DNA from: Octopus vulgaris
Taxonomy: Eukaryota
Direction of reading: 5' to 3'
Length of the DNA: 64,000 nucleotides
NCBI GenBank assembly: GCA_951406725.2
Contig: OX597822.1
Coordinates: forward strand, 105,152,001 to 105,216,000
Shown here: positions 15,388 through 28,832 of the stretch, piece after piece
How positions within the stretch are numbered: the stretch's first letter is position 1
How the letters are laid out: each line of letters starts with the position of its first letter
The notes under the pieces: model-generated
Databases searched by the model: none
Told to the model about the DNA's origin: nothing
The model's input: the letters and a program-made list of their open reading frames with translations, nothing else
Position numbers and translations under genes: made by a program

Positions 15388-15688
15388 GCAGTAGTAGTAG
15401 CAACAAGCTAACGTAACAATATCTGAAGATTTTCCCAAATTTTGCTGGTTCTTCTCCCCACTATCACACCTGGCTAGTTTCTATGTTCAGCAGCTCAACA
15501 AAAGGCAGCTCAACAAGATAAAAGCATCCACATAGCTGTTATGCCTGCTGAAAACAGCAACTCATCTCCAGTCAAATCATGTCTCACTGCATTAAATAAA
15601 GAATACATCAGACAATTTAGTTCCTGGTATATGGAACCACTGGAACGCTTTTCATCAAATAACTGTTAGTAGAGCTGGCAAGGGGCAA

Positions 15689-15732
<44 letters not shown>

Positions 15733-16510
15733 CCACAAAATTGTTGATCGCCAGAAAATTTGTAGCCAAATTTCACTCAAATCTTACCTTAGTGACTTAA
15801 GTTAGGAAAGTACATACTGAAAACATAATTTTCGTATATACAAAGTCGAGTGTTATGTATTATATAAAGCGAAACAAAACCGTGATGCTTGAAACAGCAG
15901 CCAATTTTACTCATTTCCAACCCACCGGTCAAAAATACAAGATGGCCACGTTTTGAACATCTTTAGTAATAACTGTGTTCGTTCATTGATGATCTTCAGT
16001 TAATAAAAAAAGATGCTTAATTTCGGCTAACGTTAGAAGAAAACAAGGCCGTTATTCAATTAAAATTTCAATCAAATCCTATACTAACTACTTACATAAT
16101 GAAAGGAAATATAAGAGATTGCAGTATTATATATAAAAACAGAGACGATATAATATACATTTGTTACATAATATATAATCTGTAAATATATGATTGAGTA
16201 TTTGTAATATTGTCTCAAAGGTGGAAAATCGATCGGTAACCTTTGAAGATATTCATCAATACATTATCAGGTATTAATTCGATGGTAATAGAAATGTGGA
16301 CTCTATGTTTGTAATATATTGAGTATATTTACAGTTGGATTCTACACCATACCATTTAAGGTGACACATGTATAACCAATACATGTTTGTGTGCGCGCGC
16401 GCGTGTGCGATAAGAGCATGTGTGAGTATGTATATACAAACAGAAAGGGATATGAGTAAGTCTATTTGCGTGCGTATGTATACACACATAGACACACTCA
16501 CACACTGACA

Positions 16511-16568
<58 letters not shown>

Positions 16569-16668
16569 TAGTTAATCCAAACAAGAAAACACAAAAAAAC
16601 ACAACAACGTGAGGACGTGGAACAAATATAGTATTATTGGATGCTCAGGAAAGAAGGGAAGAAGGAGG

Positions 16669-16703
16669 GTTTAACGTTTCGAGCGGAGCTCTTCGTCGGA
16701 AAC
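16669..16703 (-). ncRNA. Minimal hammerhead motif, U4C variant
   Basis: GUUU-CCGACGA-A-GAGC-ucc-GCUC-GAAAC-GUU-AAAC, in a fragment starting at a (TA)n tract (about 16570). Confidence 0.6.
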
Positions 16704-16775
16704 ATAGGAGAAGAAAAGATCCCGAGAAGGGAAGACAGAGGAAAAAAAATCGCCAACGATACACACGAGGTCACA

Positions 16776-17137
16776 TGTTTTATTCTTTTACTCGTTTCAG
16801 TCATTTGACTGCGGCCATGCTGGAGCACCGCATTTAGTCGAGCAAATCGACCCGAGGACTTATTCTTTGTAAGCCTAGTACTTATTCTGTTTTGACGAAC
16901 CGCTATGTTACGGGGACGTAAACACACTAGCATCGGTTGTCAAGCGATGTTAGGGGGATAAGCTTACACGCTGGTGTGTTTACGTCCCAGTCACTTAGCG
17001 CTTCAGCAAAAGAGACCTATAGAATAAGTACTAGGCTTACAAAGAATAAATCTTGGGGTCGATTTCTTCGACTAAAGGCGGTGCTCCAGCATGGCCGCAG
17101 TCAAATGACTGAAACAAGTGAAAGGGTAAATGAGTAA
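16776..17137. mobile_element. Two SINE A 3' halves in inverted orientation
   Basis: About 16776-16935 is the reverse complement of about 16970-17137. Confidence 0.85.
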
Positions 17138-17146
17138 ATAGTATAT

Positions 17147-17543
17147 ACTCTTTTCTCTTTTACTCTGGTACTTGTTTCAGTCATTTGACCGCCTTTAGTC
17201 GAGCAACTCGATCCCGGGACTTATTCTTTTGTAAGCCCAGTACTTATTCTATCGGTCTATTTTGCCGAACCGCTAAGTGACGGGGACGTAAACACACCAG
17301 CATCGGTTGTCAAGCAATGCTAGGGAGACAAACACAGACACACAAACACACACACATACACATATATATATACATATATACGACAGGCTTCTTTCAGTTT
17401 CCGTCTACCAAATCCACTCACAGGGCCTTGGTCGGCCCGGGGCTATAGCAGAAGACACTTGCCCAAGATGCCACGCAGTGGGACTGAACCCGGAACCATG
17501 TGGTTGGTAAGCAAGCTACTTACCACACAGCCACTCCTGCGCC
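17147..17543 (-). mobile_element. SINE family A (tRNA-derived head, internal (TA)/(TG) tract), full length
   Basis: Head ggcgcaggagtggctgtgtggt (A box) .. ggttcagtccc (B box) .. cttgggcaagtgtc; more than 12 copies in the window. Confidence 0.9.
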
Positions 17544-17893
17544 TATATATATATTATATAAATGTATAGAAATATGAAATATATAATATATGATTTATGC
17601 TTAGTATACATGAAATATATAGTGCATATGATAAATGTAATATAATATATAAGCACTTATTTACACACACATCAAAGTAGTTGGGAATAACGCTTATGCC
17701 AAACAATACAATCTGCCAGATATGCACTCTTTTCATTTACTATGTTTACTATATTTACCATTCGTTGGAGCTTACAGAAGCGTTCGTCTGGAAAATGTCA
17801 GACATAAAAATATACATGCAAAAACAAAAATGAAAGTAAAATAGAAAAACAGATCACTCGACTTAAAAAGTATATGGAACATAGACATAAGTA

Positions 17894-18055
17894 GGTGCAG
17901 GAGTGGCTGTGTGGTAAATAGCTTGCTAACCAACCACATGGTTCCGGGTTCAGTCCCACTGCGTGGCATCTTGGGCAAGTGTCTTCTGCTATAGCCTCGG
18001 GCCGACCAATGCCTTGTGAGTGGATTTGGTAGATGGAAACTGAAAGAAGTCTGTC

Positions 18056-18125
<70 letters not shown>

Positions 18126-18360
18126 ATGTGTGTGTGTGTATGTGCGAGTGTTTGCGTGTCTGTGTTTGTCCCCCTAGCATTGATTGACAACGGATGCTGG
18201 TGTTTACGTCCCCGTCACTTAGCGGTTCGGTAAATGAGACCGATAGAATAAGTACTGGGCTTACAAAGAATAAGTCCCGGGGTCGATTTTGTCGACTAAA
18301 GGCGGTGCTCCAGCATGGCCGCAGTCAAATGACTGAAACAAGTAAAAGAGTAAAAAAGAG
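17894..18360 (+). mobile_element. SINE family A, full length
   Basis: Colinear with the other family A copies. Confidence 0.9.
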
Positions 18361-18481
18361 TATATATATATATATATATATATATACATACATACATACA
18401 TAGATGTATACCAGAGCAACCACATAAATGCGAAACAAGGTGGTAAAACAGTACTCGAGTACAAGAGGTAGAGTAATATAC

Positions 18482-18620
18482 TTTATTAAAAAGCGGCAAA
18501 AATATCACAAAGACAGTTAGTCAGAGTTTCAAGTTCTCGTTCGTCGGACAGTTTTTCACGAACGGGATCGTGAAACTCTGAGTAATGGTTTATATGATAT
18601 TTTTGCTGCTTTTTAATAAA
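18482..18620. ncRNA. Inverted pair of hammerhead-containing Penelope-like units
   Basis: Two imperfect inverted arms of about 65 bp. The composite reads AACUGU-CCGACGA-ACG-ggaa-CGU-GAAAC-UCUGA-GUA-A(C)AGUU. Confidence 0.5.
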
Positions 18621-18672
18621 TTATACATACATATACATATACATATACATATATATATACATATACATATAC

Positions 18673-18751
<79 letters not shown>

Positions 18752-18922
18752 GTTGTGATTTACAGAAAAGCAAAAGACGAAGGCAGGTCTACCAACAACA
18801 AGCAGATACGTTGGTCTGGTGTTCGGGAACGCGGGAAAGTCTTCTACGTTTCGAGCCTATGCTCTTCTATAGAATGGAATGAGGAAATAAAGAGAGAAGA
18901 AAACTTGTGGATTTAGCGATCA

Positions 18923-18975
<53 letters not shown>

Positions 18976-19086
18976 TGTGTGTATTTATGTATATGTGTGT
19001 GCATATATATACATATATATACATGTAATCGTCTTACACCTTTCTTGGATCTCTTAGTCTCGTGCCAAAATTTTAAACGAATATAT

Positions 19087-19170
<84 letters not shown>

Positions 19171-19392
19171 AACATACATATATATATATATGTGTACTTG
19201 AGAAAATATGTACATATATACAACTTCACTTGTTTCTCATAGTCGGTCACTTATGACTTCACTGAAAAGCAGTTTGTGAAGAATTTTAGTTTCGATAAAA
19301 CATTAAATTTTACGCTACCATTAGCACTTTAGCTCAGTCTTCTCCATCTTGCTTTGAACTCATATGTGTGTGTGTGTGTGTGCTTATATAGC

Positions 19393-19432
<40 letters not shown>

Positions 19433-19664
19433 AGAGCGAGAGAGAAAGATCAGTAAATGTAGGGATAAGCGAATTTGACAGATCAATATTTTAAATGTAT
19501 TAAATACATGGAATACAAAAAATGTACATATATATATATATATAAATATAAAGAGGCCCAACTTACACAAACTAAAAATGATATGAGAATTAAAGGGGTG
19601 ATATAACATGGTGGTACTTCCATTTTTTTATTTCTGTCTTCAATATCTCAGATATATGATCTCT

Positions 19665-19755
19665 TCCCTGAAGACTGGGCCTCGAGTTATGCTATGAGGG
19701 AATCAATCTACAAACATTATTAAGGACCGCCGAGCCCCCAGAAACAGCTGTTGGA
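19665..19755 (+). ncRNA. Type I hammerhead motif with canonical core and long helix II
   Basis: UCC-CUGAAGA-C-UGGG..CUCG....CGAG..CCCA-GAAAC-AGCU-GUU-GGA; palindromic helix III. Confidence 0.6.
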
Positions 19756-20011
19756 TTTGTAATACTTTTCCTTCAGCCCCTTCTAATTCTCTATATCATT
19801 TCTAATCTGTGTAAATCGGATCTTGTTACATGTATACATTTTTGTAATTCACGTATTTGATACACTTTATTTATTGATAAGTCTAATTCGCTCATCCTTT
19901 CGCTTATCTCTATATCCGTTCAAGTTTAAATCTCTTGAGCACTACTAAGGTGTATTTTATACGGAGAGTATTCGGATTTCATGTATGAAGTATATATATA
20001 TATATATATAT

Positions 20012-20300
20012 GAGGCGCAATGGCCCAGTGGTTAGGGCAGCGGACTCGCAGTCGTAGGATCGCGGTTTCGATTCCCAGATCGGGCGTTGTGTGTGTTTGT
20101 TGAGCGAAAACACCCAAAAAGCTCCACGAGGCTCCGGCAGTGGGTGGTGATCCCTGCTATCCTCTTTCACCACTCTTTCTCTCACTCTTTCTTCTGTTGG
20201 CCTGCTCGCTTAGCCAGCGGGGTGGCGTCATTCGAAGGCTAAATCAATGCGAACGCATTGTGACCAGCGATGTGTAGCAACATCTGATGGTCTGGTCGGT

Positions 20301-20308
<8 letters not shown>
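20012..20308 (+). mobile_element. SINE family C, tail type 1
   Basis: A box tggcccagtggtt, B box ggtttcgattccc; embedded in (TA)n. Confidence 0.85.
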
Positions 20309-20344
<36 letters not shown>

Positions 20345-20812
20345 ACATACATACATATGTATATATACGCATATATACATATGCATGCATATGTATATAT
20401 ACATATAATTATACATTTATATAAAATGATTTCATGTTATATATTCATATTACATGTAGTATAGTTATGCATGTTATATACTGATATACACTTGCATATA
20501 TATAAATACTCATAAATAACCAGCCATATATACATGCATACATATGAACATACACACACACGCATATGTATATTCACACAGATACAGAACTTCGTCTGTG
20601 TTCTCGGCGTCTCTCAGCATTTCACGTCTTCTGTCGAGATTTACAGCTGGTTTACGCAGGAAGTACTAATGCCTTCTGCCTTATCCGATTCAGCGCCGCC
20701 CTCTTTGCCTTGAATAACAATGATTACTTATACAGCCACAAGATCAAACGTTTGAAAAAAGAACTTCATATTGTTCCTCGATATTAAGTGCTCGTTATTC
20801 TATCGATCTTAG

Positions 20813-20892
20813 TGGAATGTGACCTCGGACCATAAAGGCTGTACCGAAATAAAACCTATTTCTTACATAAAACCACATCTGAAATATTGGCC
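20813..20892 (+). CDS. Candidate 80-nt exon (phase 0 to 2)
   Basis: ttattctatcgatcttag| ... |gtaagt; WNVTSDHKGCTEIKPISYIKPHLKYW is the only open frame. Confidence 0.2.
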
Positions 20893-21175
20893 GTAAGTTT
20901 CAGTTGTTTATAGTACTCCCAGCTCTTAGGTGGAGACTTCGTCTTATCAACACTGGATGGTTAAAATTGCAAGTTATATCTAGTGTTATCATTTGACGGG
21001 TAACTTTGGAGGTCTACTTTTACCACCATAGGTATTAAGAGGAAATAGATTATACATGCAGTAATTATAATCAAAGTGATGAAATGAATACTAATTTTCG
21101 AAAATAATGTAATACCTTAAAATAAAATTGAAAACAAATTTCATGTTTGTACCACCCCTCCAACCCTCTCCTTTA

Positions 21176-21210
<35 letters not shown>

Positions 21211-21892
21211 ACTCACTTTCTCTCTCATTCCCTCTCTTTACACGGTATAAAACGTGATTGGATAAATCAAGCAACCAAACCACCCACATTTATAACAGCT
21301 ATTAATACACAGAGATTATTTTTAGTATTGTCTCTGAGACCTCTGGATTAGCAGAATCGTTAGAGATAGAGAATAAATAGGTGCTCTGCAGGTATTTGTT
21401 GTGTCTTTAAGGTCTCTGTTCAGTTCCCGTTGGGATCAACATAGACTTTTATCCGTCCATAAAATAAAGTACCAATCAAGAACTAGAATCGATTGTTCCG
21501 GTTAACCACCTCCTGTAAAAACTGCCTGCTTGTCCCTAAATTAGTAACCAAAGTAAAACCATTAGTTGTAGGTCGTACAACTCAGTGGTAATGAGCGGGC
21601 AGATTCGTTAGCCCGTCGGGAAAATATGCTTAGCGGCTTTTGTTCCGGCACTTTACATTCTCATTTGATATCCCGCGGAGATCATCTTTGGGGTTTCGTC
21701 CTCTCGAGATCGATAAAGTAGATAGTACATAAATGCCAAATTTAGAAAGAATTATTTGTCGGTCTCTTTGACGAGGAACTAATGAGAATCATTAGAGCGT
21801 CGCGTCGAGGAAAAAATGTTATTTGTTCCGTTTTTTATTTTTATTCTGCGTTCAATTTCTTTCATGATCTATTTTGTATTGTGCTTATTAAA

Positions 21893-21950
21893 ATGGGCAG
21901 TTTCGTCTGTCTTAGCTTAGTTATAGCCATAATCATTGCAGGCGCGAAAA
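21893..21950 (+). CDS. Candidate first coding exon encoding a signal-peptide-like sequence
   Basis: taaaATG context; MGSFVCLSLVIAIIIAGAK; ends in phase 1 at a moderate donor |gtaaag. Confidence 0.3.
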
Positions 21951-22352
21951 GTAAAGTTTATTTTAGGGAAATTATTGGCTCTTGTTTCTAACTGGTAGTT
22001 CACACGTAGTCTTGGAAAGTAAGTAGTTTATATGCACAATGAGGGCAGGTAGTCGATTCAACTAGGATTTATTTCTACCTTACGTTTCTATTTAACGTGT
22101 TACTTGCTATATAAACACAAGAGAAACACAAGAACTGCACATAAAATACAGCCAACAATTGTAAGGTCTTACAGGAAAACATGCCTATGACATGCACATC
22201 GGCACCTGTAAACAGAGCGTTTAGATTACACGCTGTTACTGGGTTGATGTGCGTTTGTATAATGTGTAAGTAGCATGTGTCTGAGTGTCGACTGAAAACG
22301 AATGCTGTGCAACACCTCAAGGTATATTTGACAATTTGTATCTTGCAGCCAC

Positions 22353-22756
<404 letters not shown>

Positions 22757-23538
22757 ACATAGATTTTTCACCTGTTTTCAGTTAGTAGACCGCGGCCATG
22801 CTGCGTCACCGCCTTGAAGAATTTTAGTTAAATGAATCGAGCCCAGTACTATTTTTAATGTACTGCAACTTCCGTAGTTGTTTCGACAATATCATATATT
22901 CACATAGCGGCGAGGTGGCAATATCGCCAGCACGCTAGACGAAATTCTGAGCGACATTTCGTCTCTCTGTACGTGCTGAGTTCAAATCCCATCGAGGTCT
23001 ACTTTGCCTTTCATTCTTTCCCGATCGATAACATAAGTACCTATTGAATTCTGGAGGTCGATGTAATCGAATACCCCACAAACAGCTGGCTTTGTTCCAA
23101 AATTTGAATGGAATATAATACTTTCATGATGTTGACAACTATCACGTTTGCAATGGAATATATTCATTATATTGGCATCAATAACTTGCTAGTAGGTTTC
23201 TATGCTTTTGATATTTGTATGATAAGAGGATTTGATGGGTAGCGCATTTTTCTTAGTTGTATATTATTTCTGAGAATTTATCATTTACTTTTGGACTTTG
23301 TTATACTGTATTCTATTTTTCGAGGTCTTTGATAATGTGTTCATCTATTCAATAGTTGGATTGTATTTGATGCGTATAATGCAGCTTATCTCTATTGGTG
23401 TATTTTTAATAAGACTTCGAATATCTACAATAACTTATTTCGGATTTGGAAACACTACAGTATCAAAATAAATGCTAGTAAAACTTAGGAACATTTGAAA
23501 TACACACACACACACACACACACACTCACATATATATG

Positions 23539-23590
<52 letters not shown>

Positions 23591-23665
23591 ATATATATAT
23601 GTTTATATGTATAAATACCAGTATATGTGTACTATGTATGCGTGTATGTATATGTGTGTATGTAT

Positions 23666-23734
<69 letters not shown>

Positions 23735-23737
<3 letters not shown>

Positions 23738-24020
23738 TGAATTGAAGAAATGGAGCTGAACGAAGATTGAACAGAAATCGTTTTATTTCATTCTACACGT
23801 GTTTCGAAATAAAACGATTTCTGTTCAATCTTCGTTCAGCTCCATTTCTTCAATTCACCAATAATATTTTAATTTCAATTATCCGCACCAACGCACGGTT
23901 GCAACACCATATGGTTGTACCTCAAACCGTGCTGTTTTCTGCTGTGATTTTTGCTACCAAGGTATCGGTTAAACTTTTGATTAATCTGCTACAAGATTAT
24001 TCATCTTTCTATTTCACATA
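23735..24020. mobile_element. Penelope-like remnant with a perfect 55-bp inverted repeat
   Basis: Arms 23735-23789 / 23806-23860. The spacer region contains the HHR 3' half GAAAC-ACGU-GUA on the minus strand. Flanked by (TA)n. Confidence 0.55.
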
Positions 24021-24044
24021 ATATATATATATATATTTTTTTTT

Positions 24045-24256
24045 TTATTGGGTTTTAGATAGAAAATTCACAAAAAAGTCACTTCTATTGATTTTTTTAA
24101 TGGATTTGCGGGGTGACTGACGAAATGTAAAGATGTGCACGACCATCCTTGGACGGTTTTGAATGACCATAGAAAGTTCGAGCCCTCTAACTGAAAAATT
24201 GTGGATTTGTATAAAGGACACGCACACAGACATTTTGCCGTTTATATATATAGAGA
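24045..24256 (-). mobile_element. Helitron-like 5' fragment
   Basis: The minus strand begins TCTCTATATATATAAACGGCAAAATGTCTGTGTG, similar to the other Helitron 5' ends; no 3' hairpin seen. Confidence 0.45.
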
Positions 24257-24260
24257 TATA

Positions 24261-24945
24261 TACAGGGTACAATGGGTAGATTGTCGCAACTTTATATTTT
24301 TACATTCGAGCATGTGCATTGTTTGCCTTGATTCTATCGACTAAAGAGTACAGAAGGGTCATTTGGGCACCGTCTGTGAGAAAAAACATCACCATAACGC
24401 AATTCACTCTGCCAGATATTTGGAAAGAACATACATGCTGTACTGCTTGGCAATCACTCCGGAAGCTCTAATACGAGCATTTCAGAATGTCTGGGTGTTA
24501 ATTTGAGGGCAGGGCAGGGGATTCAGAATGAGTTCGATGAGTCTAATGCGGATTGCGAAGGTACGGCAGCTCGGAAAACTCACTCTCTTTGTTCTGAATT
24601 TTTTGGTGAGATCCAGACCAACGATCCCTACAAGTCAATCAGGTCCATCACTACGGACATGGGAGTGTCTGAGTTTCTTAGCAGGCAGGTAGTGCATGAA
24701 GACACTCGGTATTCCTCGTAGAGGATGAGAAAGGGCCAATTTTTATGCCAAGCCATAAAGGACAAGAAGAAAGACTGCAGTACGAAGTATCCCCTCCAAC
24801 CGAACACGCTTTTGATTTTTCTTAGAAGGGAAACTTTTCTGTTAGGATCAGATGGTGAATACACCGAACAACCATTGGCTTGCCGTGTCCCCAAAACATG
24901 AAATGAGGGTGATAAAAATCAAACATCCAATCAACATCATGACGC
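24261..24945 (+). mobile_element. 5' half of the same DD37D-like transposon family
   Basis: Starts TA-cagggtacaatgggtagattgtcg; colinear homology with 39410-40020; ends at a (GATA)n tract. Confidence 0.8.
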
Positions 24946-24947
24946 CT

Positions 24948-25144
<197 letters not shown>

Positions 25145-25367
25145 GATAGATAGATAGAGAGATAGATTAATAGATTGATTGATAGATTGATTGATTGATA
25201 GATAGATAGATTGATTGATTGATTGATTGATATGCGCGTGCAAATGAGTTTATGTATTTGCACATAGTCATATGTAAAGACTTACCTAGGAAATTTTATT
25301 CTTATTTTAAAGTACGATATTTGTTGTGCGTCCATCTCGAATTGTTTTCTCCTTGTTCTGAGTGCAG

Positions 25368-25464
25368 GAAATTGTATAGTCGATACATGTGTCACTAGGA
25401 AATGCTTTCTGGAGGTACTGTTTCCGCCCTTCGTTATATACAAGACAGACCTTTTGTTGTGGCG
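25368..25464 (+). CDS. Candidate exon (97 nt, phase 1 to 2)
   Basis: Acceptor ttttctccttgttctgagtgcag| and donor |gttagt; NCIVDTCVTRKCFLEVLFPPFVIYKTDLLLW. Phase-compatible between the 21893 and 49305 exons. Confidence 0.3.
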
Positions 25465-25690
25465 GTTAGTACTATTATGGCCACCGCGATTTCATACAAC
25501 TATTTTTCGTTCGTGAGATATTGGGAAGTGTATTACAGGCAGAATCAGTCCCGATTGCTCATGTGACTGTGATCATTATTTAACAGCCGTAGAATATTAG
25601 AAAGTACGTCATGTTCATACAACATTATTGTGCATCTTTGATATTACTGGTGCTCAAGACAGAGTCAATATATGCCGAATTTTAGCACAA

Positions 25691-26067
25691 GAAGCTTGAC
25701 AGGCGGTTGGATGGAACCTACACTCGCCTCCTTATGAGAGCTCAAAATCTCTCGTGGAAGCGCCATCCAACCAAAATGCAAATATATAGGAAACTACCAC
25801 CTGTGTCATCTCTTGTGAAAGGTAGGAGAGTCCAGTTTGCTGGACATTGTTGTAGAGCTGAAAATGAGGTAATTTCTACTCTTCTCCTCTGGAAGCCATC
25901 TACCCGCAATACCAGAGGGCGCACACTCTCCTACCCTGATGTAATCTCCAGGGATACAGGCATCCAGCAACAGGACCTCCGTAATGCCATGATGGACCGT
26001 GAAGTCTGGCGTAGCATGGTAAATTCCATTGTCTCGACCACGGTCGAACAATAATGAATGATGATGA
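25691..26067 (+). mobile_element. 5'-truncated RTE/RTEX-like LINE 3' end with a long target-site duplication
   Basis: Open ORF KLDRRLDGTYTRLLMRAQNLSWKRHPT..RRVQFAGHCCR..LLLWKP..GRTLSYPDVISRDTG..MMDREVWR*; (TGA)n tail; 63-bp direct repeats at 25628-25690 and 26068-26130. Confidence 0.85.
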
Positions 26068-26230
26068 TTGTGGATCTTTGATATCACAGGTGCTCAAGAC
26101 AGAGTAAATATATACCGAATTTTAGCACAAACTGAGGCAATTCTCAAAAAATAACCTGCGTGCGTCATAGAACTCAGTATCAATCTACCTTTCAGTCGAT
26201 CTGTCTCTCTATAAATGTGTGTGTGTGAGT

Positions 26231-26323
<93 letters not shown>

Positions 26324-26560
26324 CACTCAGCCAGCCAGCTCAGCTTATAAATAACATCGTCAGGCTTCGTTTATGCAAGGTATATGTAAAACCTCCAGAA
26401 ATAGTATATTCTTACATGCAAGTGGAAGCAGAGAAGACATATACACACAATTATGTATAGAAAGAATTTTAAGCAAGAATTTTAGCTTTTACAATGCATA
26501 TGCTACCCTATAAATGTATCACGTAGAATGTAGTCCATAGACATACACACACGTATGTGC

Positions 26561-26609
<49 letters not shown>

Positions 26610-26992
26610 CACGCACACACATCTGTATATATATATTTATATATTATACATGTACAGACACGCACATATATATGCATATATATATATGCTGTTGTATCTA
26701 GGGAAGTATGCATATCTATCTATGCCTCTCTGTGTGTGCATGTGCGTAAGCATAAGTGTGCTTGTTTGTGAAATATATGTACATATGTATGTGTCCGTAT
26801 TGTGGCTGCTCTTGCATTTGTATATACGTAACTGTAATACATAAGCATGTAGACTCACACACACATACACACTCACATAGACTGGGAGCATATGTCATAT
26901 ATTATATACGCAATATATTATATATATTATATTTTACTAAGCATAGATGTTATAATATATATATATATATATTTACATATATACATGCATAC

Positions 26993-27033
<41 letters not shown>

Positions 27034-27064
27034 CATAAATATATATATATATATACACATATAG

Positions 27065-27145
<81 letters not shown>

Positions 27146-27309
27146 TATATATGTATGTAATCAATATAAAGGAGGACAGTAGCATCTCTCATATTACTGA
27201 AATTAAGTGGCATCTTTGCGATCGCCTTGGGAATATATTTGATGCATCACCAACCAATACCAAGCTTGTCTCGACTGCGTCGGAGATGGTCTGGTGGGGT
27301 GACCTGAAC

Positions 27310-27372
27310 CGGGTTGGGCTGGACTGGGATGGGCTGTGCTGGACTGGGCTGGGCTGGGCTGGGCTGGGCTGG
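27310..27372 (+). repeat. (GGGCT)n tract with G-quadruplex potential
   Basis: gggctgggctgggctgggctggg plus upstream G3 runs. Confidence 0.7.
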
Positions 27373-28414
27373 TTTATGATATAAACATGCAGCTTGCCTT
27401 AGTGTCTGAACATATGACTAATAAAGAAGCAGCGGATGGAATGCTCTAGCAAAATCCTGCGAACAGTGATTCTGCTTAGAAAATGGCGACTATTACCTTA
27501 TCATAATCTAGACAATCAATCGCCCCAGCGCCAGCCCCGACCTCACCTTCTTTGTCCACAAATATTCTCACTTCCTACCTACGAATGCCATTCTCTGTTT
27601 CTCTCGCCCCTTTTTTTTTGTTTCGCTCTCGCATTTCTTTTTCTCTCTTTTCTTCACTCCCTCTCTCTCCCTCTCTCTGTCTCTCTCTTCTACCTCTCCC
27701 TCCCTCTGTCTCTCTCTTCTACTTCTTCCTCCCTTTAGCTCTCATTTCTTTTTGCATGTGTCATTATCGATCACAGATTCAATCTCGGAATATCAGTTTG
27801 TTTCTTCGTGATTGTATGGGAACAGACAAACACATGCAACCGCACACAAACAAATATATACATACATACATACATACATATGTATATATATTCATACGTG
27901 TGTGTGTGTGTTTTCAACCAGATATAGAGTACACAGATACACACATATGTATGTAAGAATATAAGTATGTGTATACCTATAGACATACACACATGCACAC
28001 GTATTAATTATTGAATGCCAATGGAACAAGAAGATAAAGACCGGTTGTCCAGCGCTGAAAGAAAGAATTATATAAATGTATTCTTATTTACACTCGCGCA
28101 CACAACCACACACATACACAAATATATGTGAGTGTACATCTACGTAATTCTCTTTCAGTGTTGGGAAACCAGTTCTGGTTTGTTTATTTCCATTTAACTT
28201 AGCAGTTCGGTAGAAAACAGCAATAGAATCAGAAATGAATTTAAAACAATTACTGAGAGTAATTTCATTGATTAACTCTTTCAAGCTTTTTATTTTAGTT
28301 TTAGAAGAGCCGAATGCAGATATTACGGTAATATTTCGAATGGAAGATAGACGTGAGAACAGCAGAAAGACTGGGTATTATTACCCTTATAAGACGGGAA
28401 GAAAGTTGTCAACA

Positions 28415-28485
28415 GACAGCAACGGGAGTAAAACCCGCACCCAGCGGATACCGGCTGACGACTCTACCATTAAACAAAGCTGCCC
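28415..28485 (-). pseudogene. Degenerate tRNA-like cloverleaf enclosed by inverted repeats of about 65 bp
   Basis: GGCAGC/GCTGTC acceptor stem, aatggta D loop, tcagc/gctgg arm, gcggg-ttttact-cccgt T arm; arms at 28327-28392 and 28845-28909. Confidence 0.5.
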
Positions 28486-28503
28486 ACGTTCTCGGCCAAA
28501 TTA

Positions 28504-28832
28504 AAAAAAAAGACTCCGCCGGTTACGACGACGAGGGTCCCAGCTGATACGATCAACGGAACAGCTTGCTCGTGAAATTAACGTGCAAATGGCTGAGCAT
28601 TCCACAGACACGTGTACCCTTAACGTAGTTCTCGGGGATAATCAGCGTGACACAGAGAGTGACAAGGCTGACCCTTTGAAATACAAGTACAACTCATTTT
28701 TGCTAGCTGAGTGGACTGGAGCAACGTGAAATAAAGTGTCTTGCTCAAGGACACAACGCGTCGCCGGGAATCGAACTCACAACCTTACGATCATGAGCCG
28801 AATGCCCTAACCACTAAGCCACGCGCCCTCAC
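28504..28832 (-). mobile_element. SINE family D (tRNA head, CORE/V-like tgtccttgagcaagacactt domain) with a 15-bp TSD
   Basis: TSD ttctcggccaaatta at 28489-28503 and 28833-28847; A and B boxes intact. Confidence 0.9.

Noticed and set aside
20012-20085. Functional tRNA genes at SINE heads (also 28760-28832, 55394 and 60826)
   Set aside because: Heads run directly into repeat bodies and lack complete cloverleaves and terminators.
21246-21261. TATA and CCAAT-like words upstream of the signal-peptide candidate
   Set aside because: Order and spacing are atypical, and such words are common in AT-rich DNA.
21967-22266. Further AG..GTAAGT pairs (21967-22018 and about 22174-22265)
   Set aside because: Weak acceptors or phases that do not fit the better candidates; expected by chance.
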